A model generated the notes under the pieces. It was not told the DNA's origin. It did not search any database and saw only the letters and a program-made list of their open reading frames with translations. This document shows, piece by piece, positions 25,751 through 37,693 of a stretch of 64,000 nt of DNA. A program made the position numbers and the translations under genes. The first letter of the stretch is position 1. Every line of letters starts with the position of its first letter. The DNA is from Narcine bancroftii (Eukaryota): the NCBI RefSeq assembly GCF_036971445.1, contig NC_091479.1, positions 80,104,001 to 80,168,000 of the forward strand, given 5' to 3'.

Positions 25751-26759
25751 TGACTCTGGGTTGCAGCAGAATGATTGGAAGTGATGAATTTTAATTGCAA
25801 ACATTAACCACTTGAGTTCAATGGTGGTAACAATGAACATTGGGTAATTAAGCATTAAATACCAACAATTCAACAATGCCCTATATTTGCAGCAACTGTG
25901 AGAGACAGAGCCTGTCGTTCCAGGATCGGCCGCCATAGCCACAGTCGACACTGCTAAACAAATCAGTGACTACCAGAGGTGCAATATCCATGGTCAATCA
26001 TGACTGACAGAGGCCAAGAAGAAACCCAGCAATCATGAAATAAGATAGTTAGACCAAATGAGCAAGAAATCTGAAAAAAAAACTCATCCCTAGAAGGTTA
26101 ATGCTACAAATAAATGATCTTTCACCAAAAATGTTCTGATAAGACATCAAGAAACTGAAATATTAACCTTTCTCTCTGTCTTTATTCCACATTTCACCTT
26201 TTTTTTCCTTTGGATTAAATGAGTTTGTTTTTGCATTAAACGGAGCAGGGTTTGTAATAATCAAGAATGATAAAAGTTGATGTTGTCTCAGAAAAGAGCA
26301 TTAAGATCAAATAATTCAACTTAATGGCACTTGAGCACTCGAGCACCAAGATGTTGAAATTCCCATCACTACGAAGTGCCACAGTTCTCCCCAATGGTGG
26401 GATACTGGGAACACGAGATCTTTTTGATATTACATTACATTTCAGGCTTTATTGCTTATTTTAAATGGAAAAATAAGCCCAAAGCAGAAAACAAGAACAT
26501 CTCCCATTGTCAATAACATGGTGCAGCCCCGAGCGTTGAGGAATATGAATGACCACTTTCACCTTGTGAAACATCTTTTAGTAACTAATATAGTAATTAA
26601 CCAAATTAATTGCCCCAGTCTAATTTATTTTTGTATGTCTGTGGGCTAAACATAATTTTTCTTACTATTTTTTCATTTTAATTTTATGTTTATTTTTCCT
26701 ACCTGCAAGTTCACCTGGGCTAAGATGTCCACCAAGTGCTTGAGAGGTGTAAGCAATTT

Positions 26760-28335
26760 TAGAACACTACAGAACAGAAAACAGGCCATTTGGCCCTTCT
26801 AGTCTGTGCCGATACATCATTCCACTAGTCCCACTGATCTGCACCCATTCCATAATCCTCCAGACCGCTTCCATCCATGTATTTATCCAATTTATTCTTG
26901 AAACTTAAGAAACTTAAGAGTGAGCCTGCATTTACTATGTCAGTTGGCAGCTCATTCCACACTCCCACCACTCATTGAGTGAAGAAGCTCCCTCTAAACT
27001 TTCCCCCTTTCATCCTAGGCCAAGAAAGCCTCTTACATTTACCTCTCCTAATCTAAGTGGAAAGAGCATACTTGTATTTACTCTGTCTATACCTCTCATA
27101 ATTTTGTAAACATCTATCAAATCTCCCCTCATCCTTCTATACTCCAAAGAATAAAGTCCTAACCAGTTTAATCTTTCCTTGTAACTCAACTCCTGAAGAC
27201 CCAGCAACATCCAAGTAAATCTTCTCTGCATTCTTTCAATCTTACTGATATCCTTCCTATAGTTTGGTGACCAGAACTGCACACAATACTCAAAATTAGG
27301 CCTCACCAATGTCTTAAACAACCTAACCATAACACCCCAACTCTCGTACTCAATACTTTGATTTGTGAAGGCCAAGATACCAAAAGTTTATTTTCAACCA
27401 CTTTCAGGGAATTATGTAATCCCAGATCCCTTTGTTCTTTCACACTCCACAGAACCCTACCATTTACTGTGTACCTCCTACCAAAATGCAACACCTCACA
27501 CTTGTCTACATTAAATTCCATCTGCCATTTTCTGGCCCATTTTTCCAGTTGGTCCAGATCCCTCTGCAACCTTTGAAAGCCTTCCTCGCTGTTTACGCCT
27601 CCAATCTTAGTGTCATCAGAACACTTGCTGATCCAATTTACCACATTATCATCCAGATCATTGATAAAGACAATGAACAATAATGGTCCCAGGACCAATC
27701 CCTGAGGCCACCAGTCTGAGAAGTAATAATCAACTACCCCTCTGTCTTTTCCCATTCAGCCAATTTTTGAATCCAGTTTACAATCTCTGTATGGATACAG
27801 TGTCTGAACCTTCTGAACTAACCTCCATGTGGGACCTTGTCAATGTCCTTATAAAGTCCATGTGGACAACAACCACAGCCTTTCCTTCATCTACTTTCTC
27901 AAAAAACTCTACAAGATTTGTTAAACACAAAGCCAATGTTGACTATCCTAAATCAGCCCTTGACAATCCAAATACTTGTACACCCAATCTCTCACAACAC
28001 CCTCCAATAATTAACCTACTACTGACATCAGACTCACCGGCCTGTAAATTCCTGGTTTACTTTTGGAACCTTTTTAAACAACGGAACAACATTAACTACG
28101 CTCACCCGTGGCTAAGGATATTTTAAATATTTCTGCTGGGGCGCCTGCAATTTCTACACAAGTCTCCCTCAAGATTCAAGGTAATATCCTGTCAGGCCTG
28201 GGGGATTTATCTAACTTTATTCGCTATAGGCAGTAAACACCCCCTCCTCTCTAATCTCTATGTGTTCCATGCCACTATTGCTGACTTTCCTTCCTTCCTA
28301 TGCCAGTTTCCTGAGTAATCATTCTTCCTTTTACT
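26760..28335 (-). mobile_element. CR1 LINE 3' portion
   Basis: ORFs 27303..27755 (PQGLVLGPLLFIVFINDLD...WQMEFNVDKCEVLHFG) and 27010..27375 (LVRPNFEYCVQFWSP...RRMRGDLI). Confidence 0.9.
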
Positions 28336-28474
28336 AGCTTCCCACAAGAGGTGCTGCAACTCAAACAAGGAACTGAAAGATTTACACAATGGCTATTGAC
28401 CCTGTCTCCCATTCCACTGGGATGTGTGGCTGACGCAAGCTCAGTGATAGTTTGCATTTTATTATACACCTCAC

Positions 28475-28633
28475 CTTCCAACCTGGTTTGGCCACGTGTT
28501 TGAAGTAGGGGAAATGATTTTCAATCCAGGTGTAGATTTCTTTGAGTGTCATCCTCCTGCTCTGGGTGCTATTTATTGCAAATTGAATCATTGCCATGTA
28601 GGAATACGGGGGGCGCTCGTGAATAGATTCCAT
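28475..28633 (-). CDS. FOXM1: FOXM1 forkhead domain, first exon (ERPPYSYMAMIQFAINS...KHVAKPGWK)
   Basis: Acceptor cctttaatgcag, donor AAG|GTGAGG; 159 nt, phase 0-0; FoxM-diagnostic forkhead sequence. Confidence 0.98.
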
Positions 28634-29084
28634 CTGCATTAAAGGAAGAAACCATCAGAGAAAATGTAGCTCTTCCATGCAGATTTGAGTTCTGTTGACA
28701 CATCAAATGGAAATGTTAGGTTCTTTTCATGACTGAATTATATGAAACATCGGTAATTTACTGGACAAATGCAGCAATAGCAGTGGGAGAAAATCTTTGA
28801 TCGATATCCCCAGTTCCACCAGATCATCTTCCATTTCACTAACTCCCACCCCTGAATATCCCTTCCACTCAAATCCCCAGTGAATCATGCCCTCCACATT
28901 TATGTAGATGCCATCCTATGCACAAGGCTCAATTACTTTTTACACCTCCCATACCTGGCAAAACATTAATTGGCCCTTAGAAAACTGAAAAATATTCATT
29001 ACACAAGGTTCAGTAATGTTCTGAAGACTCTGCAAGTTCTGCAATGGCTCAGAATTTGACAGAGTTGGGAAGGATAGTACTTAC

Positions 29085-29221
29085 TAGGGACCCTTCTGGT
29101 AGAGGTTCTTGATTTTCTTTCTCTACTTCATTCTTCACACGGCAAGTTCCCAGACCATCTGTGCTCATATTACCAAGCCATTGAATGTTGGTCAGGCTGT
29201 CATCCAGAAGGCGTTCAGGAG
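29085..29221 (-). CDS. FOXM1: FOXM1 second coding exon (LDDSLTNIQWLGNMS...EKEN)
   Basis: Acceptor ttttgccttctgcag, donor CTA|GTAAGT; 137 nt, phase 1 to 0; conserved DxSLTNIQWL motif and KEN box. Confidence 0.96.
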
Positions 29222-32200
29222 CTGCAGAAGGCAAAAAAAACCCAGCAAAGTTTGTAGGTCAATAACTTTGCGTTATCTGATGGCCTTTTCATAGACTTAA
29301 CTTCTAATCTTGTCATAATGGGCTGGACTTGACACAATATGTGCCCTGCCCACCCACAGCAAGATGCACAAACTTACAGGTAAGTGGTTCCTGAGATATT
29401 GTGAGCATTACTGCTTTAATTATCTGTGGACTGTGAGTGGAAAATATGCAGTAGGCAGTGGAAAACAAGGTCTTGTCCAGGATTGCTCTGAAATGGATAG
29501 AACATTTATTATTGGAAGTCTTTGAGGAAGTGACAAGCAGACCAGATAAATGAGATGCAGTGGATGTATTGGAATTTTCAGAAGGGCTTTGACAAGGTAC
29601 TGCACATGAAGCTACTTAACAAGTTTGTTTGGTTACTATATGTCGAAAGTAGAAGTAGTTGATAAATAGATGTTCCAGGGCTGAGTCTAGGGCCATCTGT
29701 GGACCTGTTTCGGCAACATGAGAAATGGATTGGGTCAAGAGCAGCTGGTAGGCAGGAGTTAATGTGAACCAACAGCTCGAATCTCTTCACAACAGTGTAC
29801 TTCCAAGCCATCAGCAGATAGTTGTATAGACCAGTCACTACATTCTTCTTTGTTACCGGGCTGATTTAATAAGTAGCAAACATTGCATGACTGGTGGAGA
29901 AAGTGAATAACAGGTTACTTTGTCCTCAATGGAGTCAACTTTTCTAAATGCCATCAGAGCTTCATTTAATGGACAAGTTGATAACCTCTCATTCACTTTT
30001 GTGGCTGGCACTAATGTTTCTGGTAGCAATTAGGATTTGGCTTATGCTTTAATGGAGATGCCATTATCTGGCACTAATGTTACTTATACATAATCAACTA
30101 AGCCTGTTGTCCAGGTTTCTCTGCATTTAAGCACAAACTACTTAAGTGTTTCAGTTGTTATTAATTGTCATGATGATCAAATATAGTGGAAAGCATTTGA
30201 TCAAGCAGTTGAAGATGGTAGATATAGAATTAAACACACAAAAAATCCCCCAGATAAAGTCGTTAATTCCACTATACCCAGAAAGTACCAGGAATCCAGT
30301 CCATTCAAATATGAAGAGAATTCACCCAGTTGAGAAAGATTGCACTCCTAGTTACTTCATTGTAATTTTGTTTTTAAATCCCAATCATTACGTGTACACC
30401 AATCTGTAAAAATGGCTTTTCCATTAATTTCATTATTACCGGGGTAGGGGGTGGTGGGGGGAAACGTGGGGGAGAAATCACAGACATGAGCAGATCTATT
30501 CTCTTTCATTGGAACAAGTGGTAAACACAGGGACACTGTATGTGGATGCTTGCAAAGAGACAGTGAGAGGGGCTGGGTGCTCACATGGATGATTTTATTC
30601 ATTCATTCTTGGGATTCACTGGCAAGCCCACTATTTATTGACCATCTCTAATTGCCCTTGAGAAGTTGATGGTGGGTCATCTACTTGAAGCTCTGGAGTC
30701 CCTGTAGAGAAGGTACTCTCACAATGCTGTTGGATAGAAAGTTCCAGAACTGAGATCCAGCAACAATGAACAAATACAACACACTTCAAAATCTGAACTG
30801 TGTGCATCTTTGAGCAGGACCTGCTGATGTGCCAAGGTTGCTCCAAGATTCAGACCACCATCAATTTTGAGAACTTGGTTGGTGCAGGTTGAAAAGCACC
30901 TGCTCAGCTCGCATTGGAGAACATCTTTGATGTACTCACAATAAGTATAATCCTATTCCTTTGTGACAGTTCACTGTTGATAGAAAGAATGTTCTTGGGT
31001 GTCATTCTGCAAAGAGGTTATCAGCCATTTAAAAAATAAAATGGTGTTCCTGATTCTTGAGTCTGTTTGAAGATATGAAGAGATCAGTGAAAGTTGTCTT
31101 TTATTCAAAGCAACTGTTTGGGATGTTGAACGCATCGACAGAAAGAAAATCTTATGGATGCAGATGTACCCTGAAATGGGAGCCCTTCTTATTAACGGGT
31201 GATCAATAAGTGATTTAATGACCACACCAATGCAAAGACATCCTGAACCTGTGGAAAGCAGGCTATATTTAAGCAACTGTTCATTCTGACAAGCTTTATC
31301 AAAGCAAAACTGATTTAAAACATGAAACTGGACCGAAACTTGTAACTGTGAGTAGGATATAAACAGCAGATGCAATTTAATACAGAAAAATTACAAAATA
31401 AAGAGAATATGAACTGGAGGACACAACTTATGAAGGAATACAGATAGAGATTGTTGGGTATCTGTGTATGCATTATTGAATGTGATAGAGTAGGTTGAGA
31501 AAGTGATGAGGTTTCATAAAATAATAGTGTGGAATATAAGGTCTGAAGGGTGATGATAAAACTTTAAAAACAACCTCCCAGTACTCCAGCTACGACCAGA
31601 CAGTTCTCGGCATCACTTCAGGAAAAGTGTGGATACCTTGTAGAGGGCATGGGGAACAATGGAAGCAGATGCAATTGCAATGCTCATACATTTTCTGTGA
31701 CACTTATTTAAGCCTAAAATTTCTATAAACGACCTTCTTACTTTACAATTAAATTGAAATTATCAACATACATCACCTGAAGGGGTTTCTTGCATGAAGC
31801 CTCTGACTAGTATTTGTTTTTTGATTATCGTGTAGCAGGGGCTCTGACACTTGGTATGAAGTTTCAATAATATAGTTGTGCTTTTACTTACAAAACTAGT
31901 TGAATAAATTAAAACAAAAAATATCACTTTGAAGCATAAACTATGACAATCTAAGGTATTTAGATAACAGCGTAAAACAGAAAAGTAATTCTCAACTGCT
32001 CACTTTTATATCCTGTGACTGAAGTGAAGATGGACTTAAACGGATTTGGTTCTACTTTTCCTGGGTGCCAAAATATCTGGCGTTCATGCATAAAATGAAC
32101 AAGATGGCGCAGCAGTTAGTGCTGCTGTCTTCAACCAGGGTGGGGGAGGGAATGTGATGGAGAACAGGTTACGGGGAAAGTAATTTGGGGAATGCGATTG

Positions 32201-32532
32201 CTAGGATTGCTACGAGAGTTGGCAATAGATCTGGTGCCCTGAATGACTCCCTTCTTTGTTGTAATAAATATGAAAACAAATAGTCCAAACATTGATAACT
32301 ACACATATACAGTCACTGAACATTGTCTGAGAACAATAGCATTCGCAAATCAATTCCTTCGCTGTGGCAGAGAATTATAGCAAGTGGTCCAAATCTATGC
32401 GTTAGAAACTGCAAAAGACAGAGTACTGTTAGTGAGTAGTATTTTAATTTGTATTTCACTTACTTCAGATAATGTATTTTCCAGCTAATCTCCCAACTGG
32501 ATGTAACAATGATACTAAAGAATATTTCTTAC

Positions 32533-33127
32533 CTGTATTGGTGCCTGGGTTGAACAGAGCCGATGGCTCCTCCTTTTCGACACTGTTTGCAAAATTCACT
32601 GATGCCACTTTACTATCTAAAGCTGCAACTTGGAGACTAGATCCTTCCCGTAGTTTGAGAGATTTTTGGCTGCCTTTCAAAGGATGAGTTAAATCACTTT
32701 GAGTTGAGGAAGGATCATTACTTCCCAAAGACAAATGTTGGCAAGAGGAAGTTGAATTGCCACTCAAAAGAATAAATTTCTTGGGACCATTGGAACCACT
32801 TTCTTTTCCCCTTGCAGTAAGTGCTGCTATAATACTTTGAAGATCCACATTTTTTGGAATTAATACAATTTGAGTGCTGGGCATTGACGGATGGTTTATA
32901 ATGCGAACCCCTTCTGGAAATTTTGGAATGTCAGTGGCTGTGCTCTTTTCGGATGTTCCCAAGGCATCTTTATTTGGGCAGGCTCCGACCGGTTCAAGAT
33001 CAACAGCAATTTTGCTCCCAAAAGTCTGGTCTTCACCAGCATTGTCCTTTATATCCACAGGATTACTGAAGGTTAGGGGGCGTTTCCTCCGTTTCAGAAT
33101 TAAGGGCCTCCGTGGACTGGCCTTCAT
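32533..33127 (-). CDS. FOXM1: FOXM1 first coding exon (N-terminal repressor domain; MKASPRRPLILKRRK...)
   Basis: ATG at 33127. Motifs MKxSPRRPLILKRR, IINHPSMPSTQIVLIP and IIAALTARGKESGSNGPKKFILLS. Acceptor before 33171; donor ACAG|GTAAGA after 32533 (phase 1). Confidence 0.97.
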
Positions 33128-33644
33128 TCTTATTGCACCAGGAGCTCTTTCAGTAAGACACAACTCTGTGCCTGCAACATGACAGCACATTTAGAAATTC
33201 AGTTAATCAGAAACATGGGTAACAAGTGTGGCACAGTGCAATATATCACCCATTAAACAAAATAGGTTGACAAATGACATTAAGTATTTTGACTAAAAAC
33301 TCATCAGGATCAGATGTTGACCATCTCAAGGTTTGAAGGAAGCAGCTGAAGACCCTTGCAGATGCAGGAGCCCAAAGGAAATTTAAATTTTAAAGTCAGA
33401 CACTCTGTTCTGCAAGAGAAGAGACAATCAGCGAATGGCTGTGAGAAGATACATTAGGATCTACAATTAGGAATAGAATGAGTGGACATTTTCAGTTGAC
33501 TCCAGCCAGCTTGGTAGTGTCTTTTTTAAGAGCAGTATTAATGGACCCTATCAAATATCTTCTAGAGGTCCATGAGTAAAGATTGCAATAGGTGAGCTGG
33601 TACAGCCAAACATAGATTTAAAAACGAGAATCAGGATTTTGAAA

Positions 33645-33925
33645 TTGACAAAAAGTGCTGGAGAAACTCGGCGGGTCATGCAACACCTAAAGTAGTCATG
33701 GGTGCAACCAACGTTTCGGTGCTGAGCCCTTCATCGTGGTATAAGCAAAAAGCAGGGAGGCCCCTGAATAAAATGTTGGGGATGGGAAGGCAGGCCAACT
33801 GAAGAAGTCACAGGTGGGTGGATAGGGGGAGGGGGTAGCTCTCTGGATGGAGAGGGAAGATGGAGTTGGTGGAAAGGAGACAGAAGGAGCAGGAAAGAGA
33901 GACGCCAGAGGGAGAATGCCGTGAC
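33645..33925 (-). mobile_element. Penelope-like element terminal-repeat remnant
   Basis: Minus strand reads a CT-rich tract, then ACGATGAAGGGCTCAGCACCGAAACGTTG (decayed hammerhead core), then ...CCGCCGAGTTTCTCCAGCAC. Confidence 0.6.
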
Positions 33926-35460
33926 TAAGAAGCCTCAAGCTCCGCTCTACCCCGGGACCGACTGGAAACCGTGTTACTTAAGACGTTTCGGGGGCACGGT
34001 GGCCAAGGCATTGGAGGAGCCGGCCCCCGGGCGCCAATAAAGGGTCTCTCTTTACCTTCTCTTTCTTGTCTTGACAGTGGAGCATGCCTTTGTGCAAAGG
34101 AAAACGATAACATAACAATAAAGGGAATCTCGATCTAACATGATGGTTCCCAAGAAGCGAAAGGACGAGAGAATTGTCCACGTGAACCCGGGGATCAGCA
34201 CATTCCTCCTGGTCGCCTCGACTGAACGGCGACTGCAGATCAGTCAGTGCACGGTTGGGGAACAACTTGGGCTCCTTTTAGGTCTCCAACCCAAGAATCG
34301 CCGGAGTGCGCTGCGGAGAGGAGGGGGGGGGGGGGGGGTTGCGATCAGCATTACCGCGGGAGAGCCGGCGGGGAGACTTTGGAACCCTGGGCCGTTGCTG
34401 CAGTTTGTTACCCTCAATTCCACGCACAGGCCGGGCCCCGCTTCACTGCACTCACCTGCATCCCAGCGAGTTCAGCAAAGCGGGTCGTCCCCGTCCCCGA
34501 GGACAATCCGGGCTTCCCGGACACGGCGATGCCCGTCCCTGCCGGACTTGGCGCTGCGGATTCTCGCTGGGCCGATCTCCTGACCTCCCGCCCGGCTCCT
34601 ATCTCGCCGTTCGAGCTCGCCTTGGGCTGCCCGACCTCCCCCCCTCCCCTCCCCTCCCCTCCCCTCCCCTCCCACCCCAGTCTGTGGGGAGCCGCTCGGT
34701 CCACGCCGCCAATTCGCCCTTGTTACAGTTTGTCAGCAATTCGATTGTGTTTGAATTTCCCAGCGTTCGACCCCTCACCAATGAGACGGGAGCGTGCAGG
34801 TCAGGTGGGTTGCAGGCGACCAATGAGGGAGCTGAAGTGTCTCGTTTCCTTGTTCCTTCGGAAAGGGCCAATCGGAGGGAGCCCAGTGACCAGCGGCCGG
34901 GTCCGGGACGGAGCTGGGAGCTCAGGGTCGCGCTGCTGAACTGATCCGGGGGGCTTTCGAGATTCGTCAGTAATTTGAGCCCGAATGGAATGCAAAGATG
35001 CCCATTTAGGGAGGGGAGGTTTGTCGTTTGTTTCGAGGAGCTAGAACCTGCGACATCGACGCTTTGAACCAGGCTACCTTTTTATTTTCAAGAGTGTCCG
35101 GGGGAAGAACATGAGTTGTCGCCGTCGAGTTTTCTGGAGTAACAAGTACAGTGAGAAAGAACGACGACGGCCTGATTGGGGAGGCCAACACATGAAGAGG
35201 AACTCGGGGTCAGGCAGCTGATTGATAACGTTTCGGCTCGGGACCCTCTTTCGCGACTGGAGTCAAAAGGGGCGACACGGACTGGTCAGTCAACGTTTCG
35301 GCTCGGGACCCTTTATCGGGACTTTGAAGGGTCTATGTCTCCCCACGGACGCTGCTTGACCCAGCGGCTGAATGATTTCTCAAGATCCCAGCAGTGTTTC
35401 TTGTGTGTCTCACAAGAGCGTAAATTAGTTGAGGGAGAGACGATTCTGTGCTGTACGAGT
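33900..35460. promoter_or_regulatory. CpG island / bidirectional FOXM1-RHNO1 promoter
   Basis: High GC/CpG. Four CCAAT boxes (34709, 34778, 34820, 34868) and a CHR TTTGAA at 34750-34755 followed by E2F-like TTTCCCAGCG. Probable FOXM1 non-coding exon 1 donor CAG|GTGAGT at 34455 (-). Confidence 0.85.
35190..35410. mobile_element. Penelope-derived short element with duplicated hammerhead-like segment
   Basis: Exact 21-nt direct repeat AACGTTTCGGCTCGGGACCCT (35227-35247, 35292-35312). Ends are mutually inverted (GAGGAACTCGGGGTCAGGCAGC ... GCTGCTTGACCCAGCGGCTGA). Confidence 0.55.
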
Positions 35461-36677
35461 CTCGAGCAAACTAATGTATTGCCCCCTTCATCTAATAATG
35501 AATAGAAAAATGTAACCATTTGATTCTCACGCAACCAGAAGTAGCAGGGAAAACGATTTGTTTGTTTATACAGTTGCGAACTGTATAAGAAATGCTGTTG
35601 AACTGAATACAAAGAAAAAAAGTGGCCTGCATTCAAAGGTAAAGTTGTATTATTAAATTGGAATAACCCAGAATTGGAGCACACTTGTGAATATGGGATC
35701 TCCTGAAAAATCTATTCAATTAGATAGATAGTTATTATAAGCGATGTTAAAATCGGAGATTGGGATGTTAATTATAATCATGAGTTTATTGTTGTAAACC
35801 TAACTACAATGCACATTTTTAGTTGCTGCAGTCAAACAGGTACTTTAAAAGCAATAAAACTTAGTGTATTTTCATGCTGGACTAGTTTATAATCAGGGTA
35901 GTAAGGGGAAGTTTGAGAGCCTGATTGCTGTTGACAGGGTGGGGGGGTGGGGGGGGGGGGAAGCTGATCTTAGAAGGGCTGGACTTTAGGCTTCTGAACC
36001 ATCTTCCTGAAGTGAGAAGAGGTTGTGACCAGTGTGATGGAGGCCCTTTATGATGTTGGCTGCCTTTTTGAGGTCACACCTCACAGATGTCTTTAATGGA
36101 TCATATTATTATGAATTCTGTTATTATGATAACTGTTCAACATCCTTTCACAGGTTGATGTAGCAGGATACTCGGGGACTGGATAGAAAAGAAATTGGTG
36201 GCAACTAATGGCCCAAGTTACAGTAGTTATTACAGATGCATACAATTTAAAATACAGATGTGTGTGTGTGTGTGTTACAGTCCAGGACAAAATCTAGAAA
36301 GTTACTTCACTGAATTTAAAAGACTGAACTTTGTTGAAACGTAACCCTTTGAAATTTGTTTGATGTCCAGAATTAATGATTAACTGATGGGAAGACTGAC
36401 AAGCCTTCCTTCAGTTCTTCCAATGTATCATTGTTGTTGAGCTGTGACTTGTGTTGTGATGGTGCTCATGTTAAATGTTAACTGACCATTCAGTTCTTTC
36501 TGTCTATGCTCTTCCTTAATGATGATCTCATTTTACTAAAACAGGAGCTCGTAATACTTGTTTAATGTAGTTAGATTATTGTATTTGTAAGAAAGAACTG
36601 CGCTTCCCAGCATGCAATGCACACGGTTAGGTGGAAACCGCTTGGAGGCGTGGGTTCAAATCCAACTTCTGATACTA

Positions 36678-36849
36678 TGTTATGGTTGTTCTTTCAAGAA
36701 GAACAACCTTGACAAGGGTTTAACACTTTACCGACTTTATTCTCCATGCTGCTTCAACTGACTTCGAGCAACAACCCCCATCATATGTCACTTCCTGGTT
36801 TCTGCCCAACTGCTGGGAAATGTAGCTCTTATTTATACACATAATAACA
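36678..36849 (-). mobile_element. Short LTR (172 bp) followed on the minus strand by an extended tRNA-Leu primer-binding sequence
   Basis: Termini TGTTAT...ATAACA and an internal AATAAA on the minus strand. Adjacent 36643-36677 is the 3' 35 nt of tRNA-Leu (TGGAGGCGTGGGTTCAAATCCAACTTCTGATACTA). Confidence 0.7.
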
Positions 36850-37234
36850 CAATTATAGTATTGAAAATTATACTTGAGATCTGAAAGAGAAGAACAGCAG
36901 TATTTTTAAATCACTTATTGGTCTTATTCATTAAGCTTCAGCCTCAAGATCCCTTGCCCCACCCCCATCATGGCTAATTTGGCCTTGAGTTGTTTACTTC
37001 AAAACATTTTGGTAAAATCTTTAGACCTAACAAGCTTTCTTCATGCGATTCCACCACAATATCACAGAGAGTACTCCACTCCATGAGGTAGGTTTGCTAG
37101 TCAATTATATGATGACTGTATTAAAAATATAATTGTTTGCTACCATTTCATATTTCTGGGTAGGGATCTATCATCATCTTTGAACATTTCTGGTCTCGCT
37201 GTTTCCAGATATTAATTGGGAGTGGGGTTGGGGG

Positions 37235-37445
37235 AATTGTTTAGAGTCATGCAGATATACAGCAGGTAAATAGGCCCTTCAGCCCAACTCCTCCATGTCA
37301 TCCAGGTGCCTTTCTGAACTAATCCCATTTGCCTGAAATTCGGCCCATATCCCTTTAAACCTTTTCTATCTGTGTCTATCCAAATGTTTTTTAAATGTGC
37401 AGATGTACCTGTCTCCATCATTTCCCCTGGTAGCTTGTCCAGATA
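37235..37445 (-). mobile_element. CR1 3' tail fragment
   Basis: Typical GGCCCTTCAGCCCAAC...TAATCCCATTTGCCTG...GGCCCATATCCCT tail. Confidence 0.7.
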
Positions 37446-37693
37446 CCGGGGGGGGGCCAAACGTGCTTAATGATAAACTTCAGAAGTATGAGAGCCGCAA
37501 GACAGGAAAAGAATATTACATACACTTTTTTATTGCATGCATATTTTGTAACAAAACATTTATGAATATAAGAAATACATGTATGTAATAATATTTATTG
37601 CTATATGTAGTTTCTAAACTGCTAATTTGTATTAGTTTCAATAATCAAAAAGTACACAAAAATGTCCCAAATATTGTCAAAATTCTGACTGAT

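Noticed and set aside
33128-33190. N-terminal extension MCCHVAGTEL... of FOXM1
   Set aside because: That ATG is upstream of the splice acceptor at 33172 (intronic); the conserved start is MKASPRR at 33127.
33925-35200. Many overlapping 60-230 aa ORFs
   Set aside because: By-product of a GC-rich CpG island; low-complexity translations with no recognisable domain.
36643-36677. tRNA-Leu gene
   Set aside because: Only the 3' 35 nt are present (no D-arm or anticodon) and they are fused to an LTR, so this is a primer-derived copy and not a gene.
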